Source: Octopus bimaculoides
Lineage: Eukaryota
Length of the DNA: 55,733 nucleotides
Assembly: GCF_001194135.2 (NCBI RefSeq)
Contig: NC_068988.1
Location: 44,526,750-44,582,482, forward strand
Direction: 5' to 3'
The notes under the pieces were generated by a model. The model did not search any database, was not told where the DNA came from, and was given only the letters and a program-made list of their open reading frames with translations. How positions within the stretch are numbered: the first letter of the stretch is position 1; the number at the start of each line of letters is the position of its first letter. Position numbers and translations under genes: made by a program. Shown here piece by piece: positions 23,480 to 34,549 of the stretch.

Positions 23480-24365
23480 CACGTGATCGTGCAAGCCATA
23501 AACAAGGTGAACAACAATAAGATCAGCAAGGAGTTTAGCATACTTGTGGGTGTATACCAAGGCTGAAATCGCAGGTACCTTTCGTTTAATAAGTTTCTCA
23601 GACAAGATAGAATAGTTTAAGATCGGCTGTCTGTGGGAACTCCTGTTAGTCGAGAGGAGAAATTCTGAACTAGGAGGCAAAGCCTACAACCGAGAGGTTT
23701 CGAAGTAAAGACGGAAAATTCTAAAGTTTTAGATATCTATAAAGAAGACGGGTATCTACTTCCATCGGTGAGGTTATCATGCTTATAATGCAAAAGATGA
23801 GTGGGTTGGAACTCTGTACTGTGCATCCTAGCATAAACTATGGATGTAGAAAAGATGCAATGCGATCGCAGGCAGGAGTAGAAGAAAAGATTTCGTATGC
23901 ATATAGCAGACGTGCAGATGTAATTAGCATTAATTATACCAGTAAAATAAATTCTTTGAAATGGTTGGAAGTTTCCGAAAAGTAGCTGTCGGCTTCTGTT
24001 GCCTAAATGACCTGCTTAGGAATGGAAAGAACCCCGTGTGAATAGTAAGCAGGTTAGAAACAAGGTAGAAAAAATGTTCAGGAAATTATTATCTTTGCTG
24101 GGAACAAAACTCATTTCTCTCCGAGTGAAGGGTGGAATGTTGAATGCTTTGTTGCATAATAGCAAAATATGGGAATTGAATGTGGAGAGCATGCGAAAGA
24201 TGGAAAGAAATGAAACAATTATGCTCCGCTTAACGTGTAATGTTAGTGAGCATGAAAATCGGAGCAAAATGAATTGAGATGGAAAAGCTGGTTATAAGAG
24301 GCCCTAGATACGTGCAAGAGAATAGACTGCATTTGTACAACCATGTAATGCGTAGAGAGGGTGAC
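23480..24365 (+). mobile_element. RTE-clade LINE reverse-transcriptase remnant
   Basis: EFSILVGVYQG, FKIGCLWELL, FRKLLSLLGTKLISLRVKG, LHNSKIWELNVESMRKMERNETIMLRLTCNVS. Confidence 0.85.
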
Positions 24366-25369
24366 GGTAGGTAAATAATAGCTAAGCGTTCCAAGTAGAA
24401 AGAATCTGTGGAGAACGAAGAAGATTTGGAAAATTGGTGAAACCTGAAATTAAAAGATGACAAAGGGTCGAAGCAAGTGTTGAGAAACTCGCGACATCCA
24501 ATCAATAGTAGTATAAGAAAAACGACCGTAAAATGAAGATGATGATTATGATGATAATATTTTTTCACACACACACGCACAAACATATATATTGTTAACG
24601 TCACAAGAACGTAATTTTTCTTCCTTGGAACAGTGGATCTCGAAGCGCACGCAAAGCTACAAATAATAGTATGTAAATACTAGATTAAAGAAGTTAAGTT
24701 GGTGCCCGTTTATTGGCGACCGCTGTCATAGCAATACCGTCGTGCGTGCATAACATACTACATGTTTTATGTTCTACTTTATTTTGAAAATTCTTAAAAG
24801 ACCTGCAAATATACATACGGGTAATAGTGAAAAGAAAAATATGAAGCATTTTTGTGTATTAATAACACAAAACGTCAAGTTATCGGAAAAACTCGACAGC
24901 AGTGTAATTCTAAAGTGAGGTGGCTGGCATTGGCACAAGAATTATATATAGCCTTAAGAAACTGAAAAAGAAAATGCTGACGTTCTAAGATGACATTAAT
25001 AAATAGAAGTGGATAAAAATAGAGAAAAAAAATACATTGCATAGTAAAATAAAAATTTTAATCGTGTGTTGATAGAGTGGTTTCGTTAATATTGGAGTTA
25101 AAATGTGTTTCTTGGGGATCAAGATGCAAATAAAAATCTACGACAACGAAGTGAATATTGAAAGTAGTTGTGAATATTTACAAGGTTAAATTCAAAAGTT
25201 TTTTTTTAAAGGGATGGCATTTAATGATTAAAGATTTATAGTGATATCTGTTAATTTACACAGCATCCGAGAAATTCATGGATGAGTTTGTAATGATTTT
25301 CGCTGATAAAGTCTGAATTGCTGAACAAATGTACAAATTTTGATGAAACATAGTTGTTATTATTGCTTC

Positions 25370-25740
25370 AGGGAAATATATGCTACAGCTGATGAGCGAT
25401 CGACACCAGGAGTTTAGGATGCCATGGACAGATTTACCTGTGCTATCGTGTGGTAATGCAGCCAACAGCCATAAATTTGAAGTTGCTGTAGTAAGCAAAA
25501 GCCCATCTTCTTGTTGCTTAAAGTTGTGGATACTCAAGCAGTTCATTATTATGCTAACTAAAAGGTATGAACCACTAGGAACACGTTTTTCTAATTGGTT
25601 TCATAAACACATCCTATCAGGGTTTCGTACCCATTGCAGGACACAGATACTAGATACTTCGTTCAACATTTTGTTTTTCTTGAATATCTGTTCCATTTAT
25701 CTTCCAGGTGTCCCGATCAGAAATAATATTTACGTATCGT
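25370..25740 (-). mobile_element. Possible Mutator/MULE transposase fossil
   Basis: One reading frame with stops: NIISDRD...YLC...ELLEYPQL*ATRRWAFAYYSNFKFMAVGCITTR. Order and spacing resemble MULE I-T/S-D-R-D, C-x-x-H and W-A-x-A-Y...G-x-x-T-T motifs. Confidence 0.45.
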
Positions 25741-26824
25741 ACTCAACCCTGCACAACTACAACGTCATTAATTCTTGTATGCAATTAAGGCACACATTAG
25801 TTATTGAAGGCTAAACATCCTTTCTACTATAGGCACAAGGCCTGAAATCTTGGAGGAGGGTGCAGTCAATTGCATGAATCCTAGTGCTCGACTGGTACTT
25901 ATTCTTTCAACTCTGAAAGGACGAAAGGTAGAGTCGACTTCGGCGGAATTTGAACTCTGAACATATGAAGAATAAATATAAAGTCACTTTTTTGAATTGT
26001 AATGCTAGCAGCTAAGAACAGAAGCGGAGGTGTATGGAAAATTCCTAAAATAAAGAACTTGCTATAAAGAATACTGTGTATGAAGTACTAGATGCGTGAT
26101 ATCAAATAACAGTGAAAAATTTCCCTTAGACAATATGAAGAAAATGTTTAAAATTATTGATGGATTAGAGAAATGTATGTACATCACAGAAGAAATCCTG
26201 GCAGTGTAGAATATCAAAGAAAGACATCTATGACAAAAAAAAAAAAAGAAAGAAAAGAAAATCCTTGATTTCATTTGAGAAATCTTTAAAGCCCCATCAA
26301 GTTGTAATGTTTGCTACCGAATTTACTTTTGTTTTTTAAAAAGCGATCATTACCACTTTTGGTACAGCTGTACCTAATGCTGTAAAAGAAAACATTAACT
26401 TTGCTTTAAATCTGAATTTCATCTCCACATAAATTTATTTAAAATATATTTTATTCGTACAGTAGGATTTTAAAATATCAAATAGTGGAAATGTTTTGTT
26501 AGAATTATTTCTCTATTTTACAGCTTTACTATCTTTTCTTTTTCTTTCAAATTTTTCGCTCTTATTTCTGCGATCTTGGAATATAAAATACCGTTTTTAC
26601 CTTCACAAAAAAATAATTTCCAAATGAATTTTCTCTTCCATTATGTAGTAAATTCATTTGCTGTGAATTAGACTTGCCTTGTGATAGCGAAGCCTTGGCC
26701 ATAAATACTCCAAGCTATATGTGAATAATTTTTTTCTCAATTTTCTTTAAAATTATATTTGCTAAAACAATATTGTCTTCACTTGTTTGAAAGTTTTATT
26801 ACCAAAGTAACATTATTATTGATG

Positions 26825-26960
26825 CAGTGACATAGCGTGGGCTTTGATCATCCTGTGCGGTAACATAAATCTTTAAATTTAGCATATCTTCGATAACAGC
26901 TAACATGCGTTTATAAAGTGGCCGCCCTGTGCGGTTCACACACCCCACGTTACGCTACTG
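26825..26960. mobile_element. hAT-like MITE (136 bp)
   Basis: Imperfect TIRs cagtgacatagcgtggg / cccacgttacgctactg. Flanking 8-mers tattgatg / tatcaatg (6/8) fit a decayed 8-bp TSD. Internal direct repeat cctgtgcggt occurs twice. Confidence 0.55.
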
Positions 26961-27021
26961 TATCAATGTCATTCATTTGCGAAATAAATAAATTTGCGAT
27001 CAATTCTAAGATCACCGTTTA

Positions 27022-27165
27022 GTAATTTAGCGGTTAGGCAAAAAAGACCAATAGAATTGGTACTAGGCTGACAAAGAATAAGTCCTGGGGTCGATTTCAT
27101 CGACTAAAACATTGCAAGGTGGTGCTCCAGCATGGCTGCAGTCAAATAACTGAAACAAGTAATAA
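27022..27165 (+). mobile_element. 3' fragment of the abundant tRNA-SINE family
   Basis: ttagcggttaggcaaaaaagaccaatagaat...gtggtgctccagcatggc..gtcaaataactgaaacaag matches 7480-7620. Confidence 0.8.
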
Positions 27166-27612
27166 AAGAATGTCACTAATTTAACGACCCAGTATACGCA
27201 ACGGAGACAGTATTAAATCAAAATAACTATATACGTATCATACTTAATGTATACACACTGCCAATATGCCAGTTACTGAGTATTTGCACTGAGATAACAT
27301 CTCTTATGGACCTACTGTGTTCTCTCCTCTCTGATAGTTATTGCTTTTTTACCACTGCATATAGATGAGATGTAATATCGATAGCATGTATACATTACGC
27401 ATGATACATAGATGACCATACTACTTTCATACTTTCGGTCATCCAAAATCGCTCTTGCTTCTATAGTTCAAGCTTTCTGTCTTATAGCAATGAAAATTAA
27501 AATTTTCCATAAAAATTTTAAGTCAATATATGTTCCAAATATTAATATAATTAACAGCAAAGTTATTTTACTGTATTCTTCATTATTTCTGAAATTAATT
27601 TAAATAAATTAG

Positions 27613-27667
27613 AAGTGTTTCAACAAAAATATCTAACGAAAAGTTGAAGAAAAAAGGTGGATTTCAG
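27613..27667 (+). other. Candidate exon (SVSTKISNEKLKKKGGFQ)
   Basis: Perfect donor CAG|gtaagt, one open frame, weak acceptor, peptide not recognised. Confidence 0.25.
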
Positions 27668-27928
27668 GTAAGTGATTTGAACTTTACTGTTTGTTCAGGT
27701 ACATCTGCCTGGTATTTCTGTCTTTATTAGTTCAGGGAGATCTGCCCGATAGAGCAACCAATGCTGTTCAACTTTAGCAAACCGATATCAAACACTGGAA
27801 CTTATAATTCGTTAAATTTTTTCATAAATTCATATTTTCTATCTTATAGATATTTAAGTTATTTCCTTTTGCATTTATTTCATGGTCTGCCTTGCCACCC
27901 AAATGCTGGTAGTTTCGCTGAATGTAAT

Positions 27929-28250
27929 CATTAAGCAGGCCCTGGCTCGGGTTAATATACCCCCAGTTCTGGAGCTGCCGGTATTATTCAGAAGTGACGG
28001 GAAGGGACCAGATGTTTTTACCCTTTGTCCCTGGGTAAGATGTAGGTGCCTCATCTAGGACGCCACTGTCTGTGGCTCCTTTGTTTCATCCCACATCATG
28101 GATGCTGTGGCAGATGAGAGTGTCATCGCTTGTGTAGTCGAACGAAACAAAACCCTGAAGTATCGGGACCTGTCAGTGAACTGTCTCTTCCAGCCTGTGT
28201 TGTTTGAAACGTTTGGAAGGACTGGGCCACTAACTTGTCATCGTTGGCGG
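27929..28250 (+). mobile_element. CRE-clade non-LTR retrotransposon C-terminal (restriction-like endonuclease) remnant
   Basis: QALARVNIPPVLELPVLFRSDGKGPDVFTLCPW...DATV...K..KYRDLSVNCLFQPVLFETFGRTGP matches the R-x-D-G-K-R-P-D...W-D-x-T...K-Y...F-x-P-x-x-x-E-T-x-G REL pattern. Confidence 0.8.
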
Positions 28251-28349
28251 CTCACCTTACCGAGGATGCCCGTGAGGGTACTTGACTGTTCCAATCGACT
28301 AGTCCCCTCCCCCAAAATTTTAGGCCTTGTACCTATAGTAGAAAGGATT

Positions 28350-28868
28350 GTACTTTTTGGTTATCTCATCCCCATTAAAAAATTACCATTAAAAAAATGG
28401 GTTATCTCCCCACTAGGAAGTTGAATTTATGTGGCGACAAGAGATTGGATTAAAATGGTTCGATCCTTTTGATTTAATACTTCGTTGACGCTTGGCCTCC
28501 TAGAGAGGCATGCTATGATTTGTTATAAAAATGTCATTAGATTTGTGGTGGCTTCATGCAGGCATGGCGTGGATTCGATCCTCGATCGCCAAGACAGCAT
28601 CTAGTAAATGTAACTACGTCATTCACAGAAAAACTATTGTTTTATCATGAGAAAAGTAGTGTTGTTGAACTGTTAAGTGAAATTTGGCGATCGAGAATCG
28701 AATCCACGTCATGCCTGCACGAAGCCACTACATTCAATAACATGTCCTTTTTATTTTTTTCCGCTTTCATGTTTATTAATTAAAAAATTTTTTCTTTGCT
28801 TTATTGAGGGTTAAACCATAAGTACCGATATTTTTTATAAAACGGTGGGGAGATAACCAAAAGGTACT
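28350..28868. mobile_element. MULE/Foldback-like MITE with 9-bp TSD and nested 45-bp internal inverted repeat
   Basis: TSD gaaaggatt at 28341-28349 and 28869-28877. TIR gtac(t/c)ttttggttatctc at both ends. Inner arms 28548-28592 and 28684-28728 match at 42/45. Confidence 0.75.
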
Positions 28869-29426
28869 GAAAGGATTATATATGTTTCATATGATTGATT
28901 TTAATAATATTATGAAATCATTTATTGTTATTCTTTTCACATTTGTAAATATCCAAATGATATCTAAAAAGAAACTGGAGGGAACGTGACTTCAATTAAA
29001 GCGTTTCACCTTACATTTGGGAATGCTTTAAAAGCAAAAGAGAGCGAGGAACGGCTGTAGTTGATGAACATAAAACAGAAGTAATGCGCAGTTATTTTAT
29101 TTGATTTTTTCTAGTCATTTTCTACTAATCAGACAACTTCCGCCTGTAAATCGTCCTTACAAGACAGACTTGCTGGAGCCTACGTACCTTTCTAAAGGAA
29201 ATATTTTTTCGTAGACAGCCAGTCTATTTCAGTATCTACAAGAGCCCACGCCATTCAAAATCAATGCTCTCTCTCTCACACACACATTATCAAAATAATA
29301 CATTTTTGTGCTCATTAACATACACTTTATAGCAAGACACACAAACTGATTTTATGCTCATATCAATTGTTGTTTGAAATATTGTCTTGAATTTTTCTTT
29401 GATTATTTCATATTAATTTTCCCCCG

Positions 29427-29533
29427 AACATTTTTGTAAATATGAACTCTGTCTCATCCAGACATTATCTAATTAAACACTTTTGTAAATATGAACTCTC
29501 TTTCATCCAGACGTTATTTAATTGAACATTTTG
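29427..29533. repeat. Tandem duplication, ~49-bp unit, ~2.2 copies
   Basis: ttttgtaaatatgaactct..tcatccagac.ttat.taatt.aaca repeated. Confidence 0.85.
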
Positions 29534-29832
29534 CTACGAACTACTATTAATTTCTGTTAACTTCATTGCAGATTATAAAATGAAATTTTTATGTATTTTC
29601 ATGAGTCAGTAATGCGTTCATTTCATATGGCTATTCGCTATTGTTACACACACTATTCTCTATGTTGTTATTCAACATATTGTGCTACATTTTCGATTTA
29701 TTTTAATACTCTTTGGATCTATTGTAATCAGCATATTTTTTGTACTGGATGTAAATGACCCTTGCTGTAAGAATTATTCTGATCGTTTGTTATCTCTTTC
29801 AATTCTGGAAACACCATCTTAATTCATTTTTG

Positions 29833-29868
<36 letters not shown>

Positions 29869-30022
29869 TGTAAAATCAACAAAAAAGTATCCCATCTAGT
29901 GGGAGATAAATGTTATTTAATAAGCTCAATATATATTTTTATGAGCTACTATTAGTTTCATGCGATGAGAACAGCTCAGACAGCATTTTTAAACACATCT
30001 GGTGCTTTCACGCAATCCTCAG

Positions 30023-30123
30023 GCTGTGCCCACGTGGCATAATAAGCTAAAAAGAGAACGAAGATGTGGAAGGAAGATGCAAAAAACCGGAAAACGAAAA
30101 AGAAAACAGCAAAAAGCAAGAGG
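30023..30123 (+). other. Candidate exon (AVPTWHNKLKRERRCGRKMQKTGKRKRKQQKAR)
   Basis: tcctcag| acceptor, AGG|gtaata donor, only one frame open, peptide not recognised. Confidence 0.2.
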
Positions 30124-30770
30124 GTAATAATTAGAGTTATTTCTCCTTTGACCGTAAAGTCATAAGTCTGAAAGGATTGTGGCCTAAAATCTGCTATACA
30201 GCTGCTCAATCCGGAGAAGGTGGTACTTTCTAATTCGCCAACAGAAACTTATCCGTACGTTTACAACTCTAAAAATGTCAGATCTGGAATTCAGCAGCGC
30301 GGTAGAGTTCTTAGATCTGAACAGAATCTGTGATCTTTCAGTTACGCATAGCTTACATTTTTTGATCCGTTGACATACGGTTTAGACTTTTCAATTATTT
30401 TCCACTTTATTGTATGTAGTGTGGCGTTAGACTTCAAACCACATATGTGGCTAGCCAACTTAGTGGTTTTACCTTTGTTCTTGTGTCGGAAGTAAGATAT
30501 GTGGTTAGCCTAGGGATTTTTGAAGTTACCTTCAGATTGCCCAGTGTAGCATTTCTTATCATCTAGCATTGCTGTAATTTCTGTTTCATATATGACATTT
30601 AATCATGCATCTCTGGTGGAGTGGATAGGTTCCTGGGTCACGAGAGTTACAACCAGGAGTAGGCACTTGGTGGTGTTTGTGTGTAATGATGTTTTTCATA
30701 TCGGGACAACAGCTATATAATAATTTAACTGAGCGCCTGTTAAATTTTTTTCTGTGCCTGTGATTTTCAG

Positions 30771-30834
30771 GAAAATGAATGTTCGAGAGAGACAGGAATC
30801 TTTTACCGAAGTTGGTTTTAATATTAAGGGAAAG
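30771..30834 (+). other. Candidate exon (KMNVRERQESFTEVGFNIKGK)
   Basis: Strong pyrimidine tract tttttttctgtgcctgtgattttcag|, donor AAG|gtgtgg, one open frame. Confidence 0.25.
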
Positions 30835-31237
30835 GTGTGGTCTATTGTTATTATTCGTATTATTATTAGAGGTGTTACATATTAATTCATCTTTAAAGCC
30901 ATTATTGGGCGTTGTTGTTGTGGGGTGGGGTGGGGGCTGCCTTCTCGAAAATTTCTTGAGAGCAAGAGAGAGAGAGAGAGAGAAAGAGAAAATCTTCCTT
31001 TGCCAACACAGAGCTAAGCAGTGTGTATATTATACCACTAACATAAAAGAGACTATGCACTTCCGACCACCATATCTGAAGAATCATCAATACTGACGCG
31101 TGCAATAGTCATCGCGAAGCTGAGGGTAATATTCTGAACAGTTATATGACACAACTATTGCTCGATGATATAAAAATATAACTACTCTGTCTCATACTAA
31201 GTAAACTTCTTTTTCTAACTTATGAATAACTAACTGG

Positions 31238-31286
<49 letters not shown>

Positions 31287-31422
31287 NNNNNNNNNNATAA
31301 ATTGAATATTAATTTCAATTTAAAACCAGTGGTCTAGCATATAAAAATATCTGATAATTCAGAAAAATGGTATTACATGCGTATAAGATGGGATAACCAC
31401 TAGGTGGACATCCCTTCTTATA

Positions 31423-31458
<36 letters not shown>

Positions 31459-31625
31459 GTGTGTGTGTGTGTGCATGGGAAATATATATATCAAGGATTA
31501 CTTCTATTGTAAAGAAGCACTAATATTACAATATCTAAGTTTATATGCTTCTATCTATATAGTTATGTATGTATATATATGTGTGTATATATATATATTT
31601 ATATATGTATATATATGTGTGTATA

Positions 31626-32092
31626 TACAGGGTGGGGCATAAATACTGTTACAAAATAAAACACAGATTTATCCCGACAAAAATTTATTTAACAACCCTC
31701 TATTACAAAATATGCTTTGCAAATGCCCAAGGAACAATATGGTGTCACTTTTATTCAAAATGTTTACCTCGTGCCTTCACAACACTACGAAGTCTTTTTG
31801 GGAAGTCATCTATAGCAGCACGCACAACATCTAAGGGTATTTTATCCCAGCACTTGGTCAATTTTTTCTTTAGAGCTTCAATATTTTGGCAAGCAGTAGA
31901 GCAGGCTTCATTCTCCAGAATTGACCACAAAGAATAATCAAGAGCGTTAAGATCAGGTGATGAGAGAGGCCATTCTTCTTTGCTGATCCAGGACGGACAG
32001 TTGTCTCTACACCACTGTTGTGTTAATCGAGACGTGTGGCTCGTCGCCCCATCTTGTTGGAAAGTCCAAACTTCATCACCGCACACCGAATT
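31626..32092 (-). mobile_element. maT-family (DD37D) Tc1/mariner transposon, 3' end with TIR; remainder in N gap
   Basis: Open frame FQQDGATSHTSRLTQQWCRDNCPSWISKEEWPLSSPDLNALDYSLW...ARGKHFE* has 37 residues between the last two catalytic D. TA|CAGGGTGGGGCATAAATAC TIR, embedded in (TA)n. Confidence 0.9.
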
Positions 32093-32834
32093 NNNNNNNN
32101 NNNNNNNNNNNNNNNNNNNNNNNNNNNNNNNNNNNNNNNNNNNNNNNNNNNNNNNNNNNNNNNNNNNNNNNNNNNNNNNNNNNNNNNNNNNNNNNNNNNN
32201 NNNNNNNNNNNNNNNNNNNNNNNNNNNNNNNNNNNNNNNNNNNNNNNNNNNNNNNNNNNNNNNNNNNNNNNNNNNNNNNNNNNNNNNNNNNNNNNNNNNN
32301 NNNNNNNNNNNNNNNNNNNNNNNNNNNNNNNNNNNNNNNNNNNNNNNNNNNNNNNNNNNNNNNNNNNNNNNNNNNNNNNNNNNNNNNNNNNNNNNNNNNN
32401 NNNNNNNNNNNNNNNNNNNNNNNNNNNNNNNNNNNNNNNNNNNNNNNNNNNNNNNNNNNNNNNNNNNNNNNNNNNNNNNNNNNNNNNNNNNNNNNNNNNN
32501 NNNNNNNNNNNNNNNNNNNNNNNNNNNNNNNNNNNNNNNNNNNNNNNNNNNNNNNNNNNNNNNNNNNNNNNNNNNNNNNNNNNNNNNNNNNNNNNNNNNN
32601 NNNNNNNNNNNNNNNNNNNNNNNNNNNNNNNNNNNNNNNNNNNNNNNNNNNNNNNNNNNNNNNNNNNNNNNNNNNNNNNNNNNNNNNNNNNNNNNNNNNN
32701 NNNNNNNNNNNNNNNNNNNNNNNNNNNNNNNNNNNNNNNNNNNNNNNNNNNNNNNNNNNNNNNNNNNNNNNNNNNNNNNNNNNNNNNNNNNNNNNNNNNN
32801 NNNNNNNNNNNNNNNNNNNNNNNNNNNNNNNNNN
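32093..32834. other. Assembly gap (largest N-run)
   Basis: Other gaps: 2124-2223, 3746-4062, ~11125-11134, ~15488-15497, 18698-18797, ~31287-31296, ~41886-42157, ~45731-45776, ~46274-46399. Confidence 0.99.
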
Positions 32835-32895
<61 letters not shown>

Positions 32896-33373
32896 ATTAT
32901 ACAATACAAAACTGGACAATTGAAAAAAAGTTAGATGCCCAGAAATTCAAGGTTAAATCGTAATGTCATTAGACTCTCTTATAAAAAATATGAACATTTT
33001 ACAAATGTTGCTTCTTATGTTAGTACTTTAAATTCAAAGCATTTTAACAGAAATCGCGCGGGAGTTCATTTATTAAAAAATGCATACAAACAATTAATGA
33101 GCACCAGCAGTGTGACAGAGCCAAACGCCAATAAAAAAACTGACCAACTACAATTCACTTGAAGGACATGTGTTCACTACCACATTTTTTCTAACCTTAC
33201 CGGGTCACAAATTGAAGCAGATGTTTTATTTATGGTTGTAACATGGTTTATTTGTTACATTAATAGGAAAGGTGTTCCTGCAATAGAATTAATAGAAACG
33301 ATAAGATGAAACAATGTAATAGGACACGTAGGGAAAGTCTTTATTAGCAACTCTACACGGGGCTTGTTTTTGA

Positions 33374-33512
33374 TATGAGTGGGTGCTGAAAAGTTCCTGG
33401 CTTTAAGAGTATCGCACAAGTGTATGAACCTAAGAGGGGAATATGTTGAATAAAATCATAATTTTGTATTTTTATTTACCCAAAGTCAGGAACTTTTTAG
33501 AACTCCCTCATA
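33374..33512. mobile_element. Mariner-derived MITE (~139 bp)
   Basis: TA-flanked TIRs tatgagtgggtgctgaaaagttcctggcttt / aaagtcaggaactttttagaactccctcata. Confidence 0.8.
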
Positions 33513-34309
33513 TTTACGAAGTAAATATTCAGGTGCTGTGTCATGTCTTCTTCAATAACTCTAGATTGAATATGCAGTTGTGAGAACAGTTGTTCCCAAA
33601 GCACTTTAAATTGGCAAGAGTGGAGAACGTCATGGCGGATCGGACGTCTCGATACTTTGCGAAATTGGCAGTTAATTTGATTGTGTTCTTGGAAGATTCC
33701 AGTCTAACCAGCAAACTATCACATGAACGACAAATTCTTGGTTGCGCACATGTTCAACACTGACTGAACTGTGGCTTGAGATTTGTGTATGGCAAAACGC
33801 AGGATCGAATACAATGCTATATTGTAGTTTCAGGATGATCCTTTAGCTGACACACATAGCACCATACATTCATTCTATGATGGACGATGATATAGTGTCT
33901 GGGTTAACTCCGCTTTCGACTGAAAGGTATTATAATCCACCTCACTTCATTGAGGTGGGTTGTAATACAGTAATAGATAACAGGATAAGAATAAACCATA
34001 AACGAAAGAGGCTGTTGTGGTTGCAATATATATTGTTTTCTTTTGTTTAAATTTTACAGCTAAAATATAAAATAATTAAATATTGCACTTTTCTTTATTG
34101 TGCTTTGATTTTAAATACAATATAGATTTTTTGATTTAACAATAAATCTTTTCTATTGATTTATTTTAAACACAAAAGGAAAACGCAAAAGAAATTAAAA
34201 ACTGTGTCTATTCTGGTGCCATTTTTAGTTGTTCACTCATGCTAACTTTAGAGCCCGATTACAATCTTGTGCACATCACTTGGAAACTCTGTGTGTGTGT
34301 GTGTGTGTG

Positions 34310-34445
34310 AAAGCATGTAACCTAGTGGCGTGGAGTGTTGGCTTCATGATCGTAAGGTCACAAGTCTGAGTTTGGGACCAGATGATACATTGTGTCTTTG
34401 AGAAGTGCTTTTTGCTTCTCTTTGCTCTAGTTTACTCTGGAAATA
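34310..34445 (+). mobile_element. Degenerate tRNA-SINE head
   Basis: gcatgtaacctagtggcg...catgatcgtaaggtc...tgtgtctttgagaag resembles the head at 37285. Confidence 0.5.
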
Positions 34446-34549
34446 GAGCTCCCTACTGTTTTATCTCTCTCCAGTTGTCAGAAGTGAATATTAAAATTTT
34501 TCTGGGTGAATCATATACCATTCAATATAGATGAGGAATTAGTGACACA

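Noticed and set aside
33530-33760. CpG-containing segment with a 44-aa ORF MADRTSRY...
   Set aside because: Short, no splice support and no family recognised on either strand.
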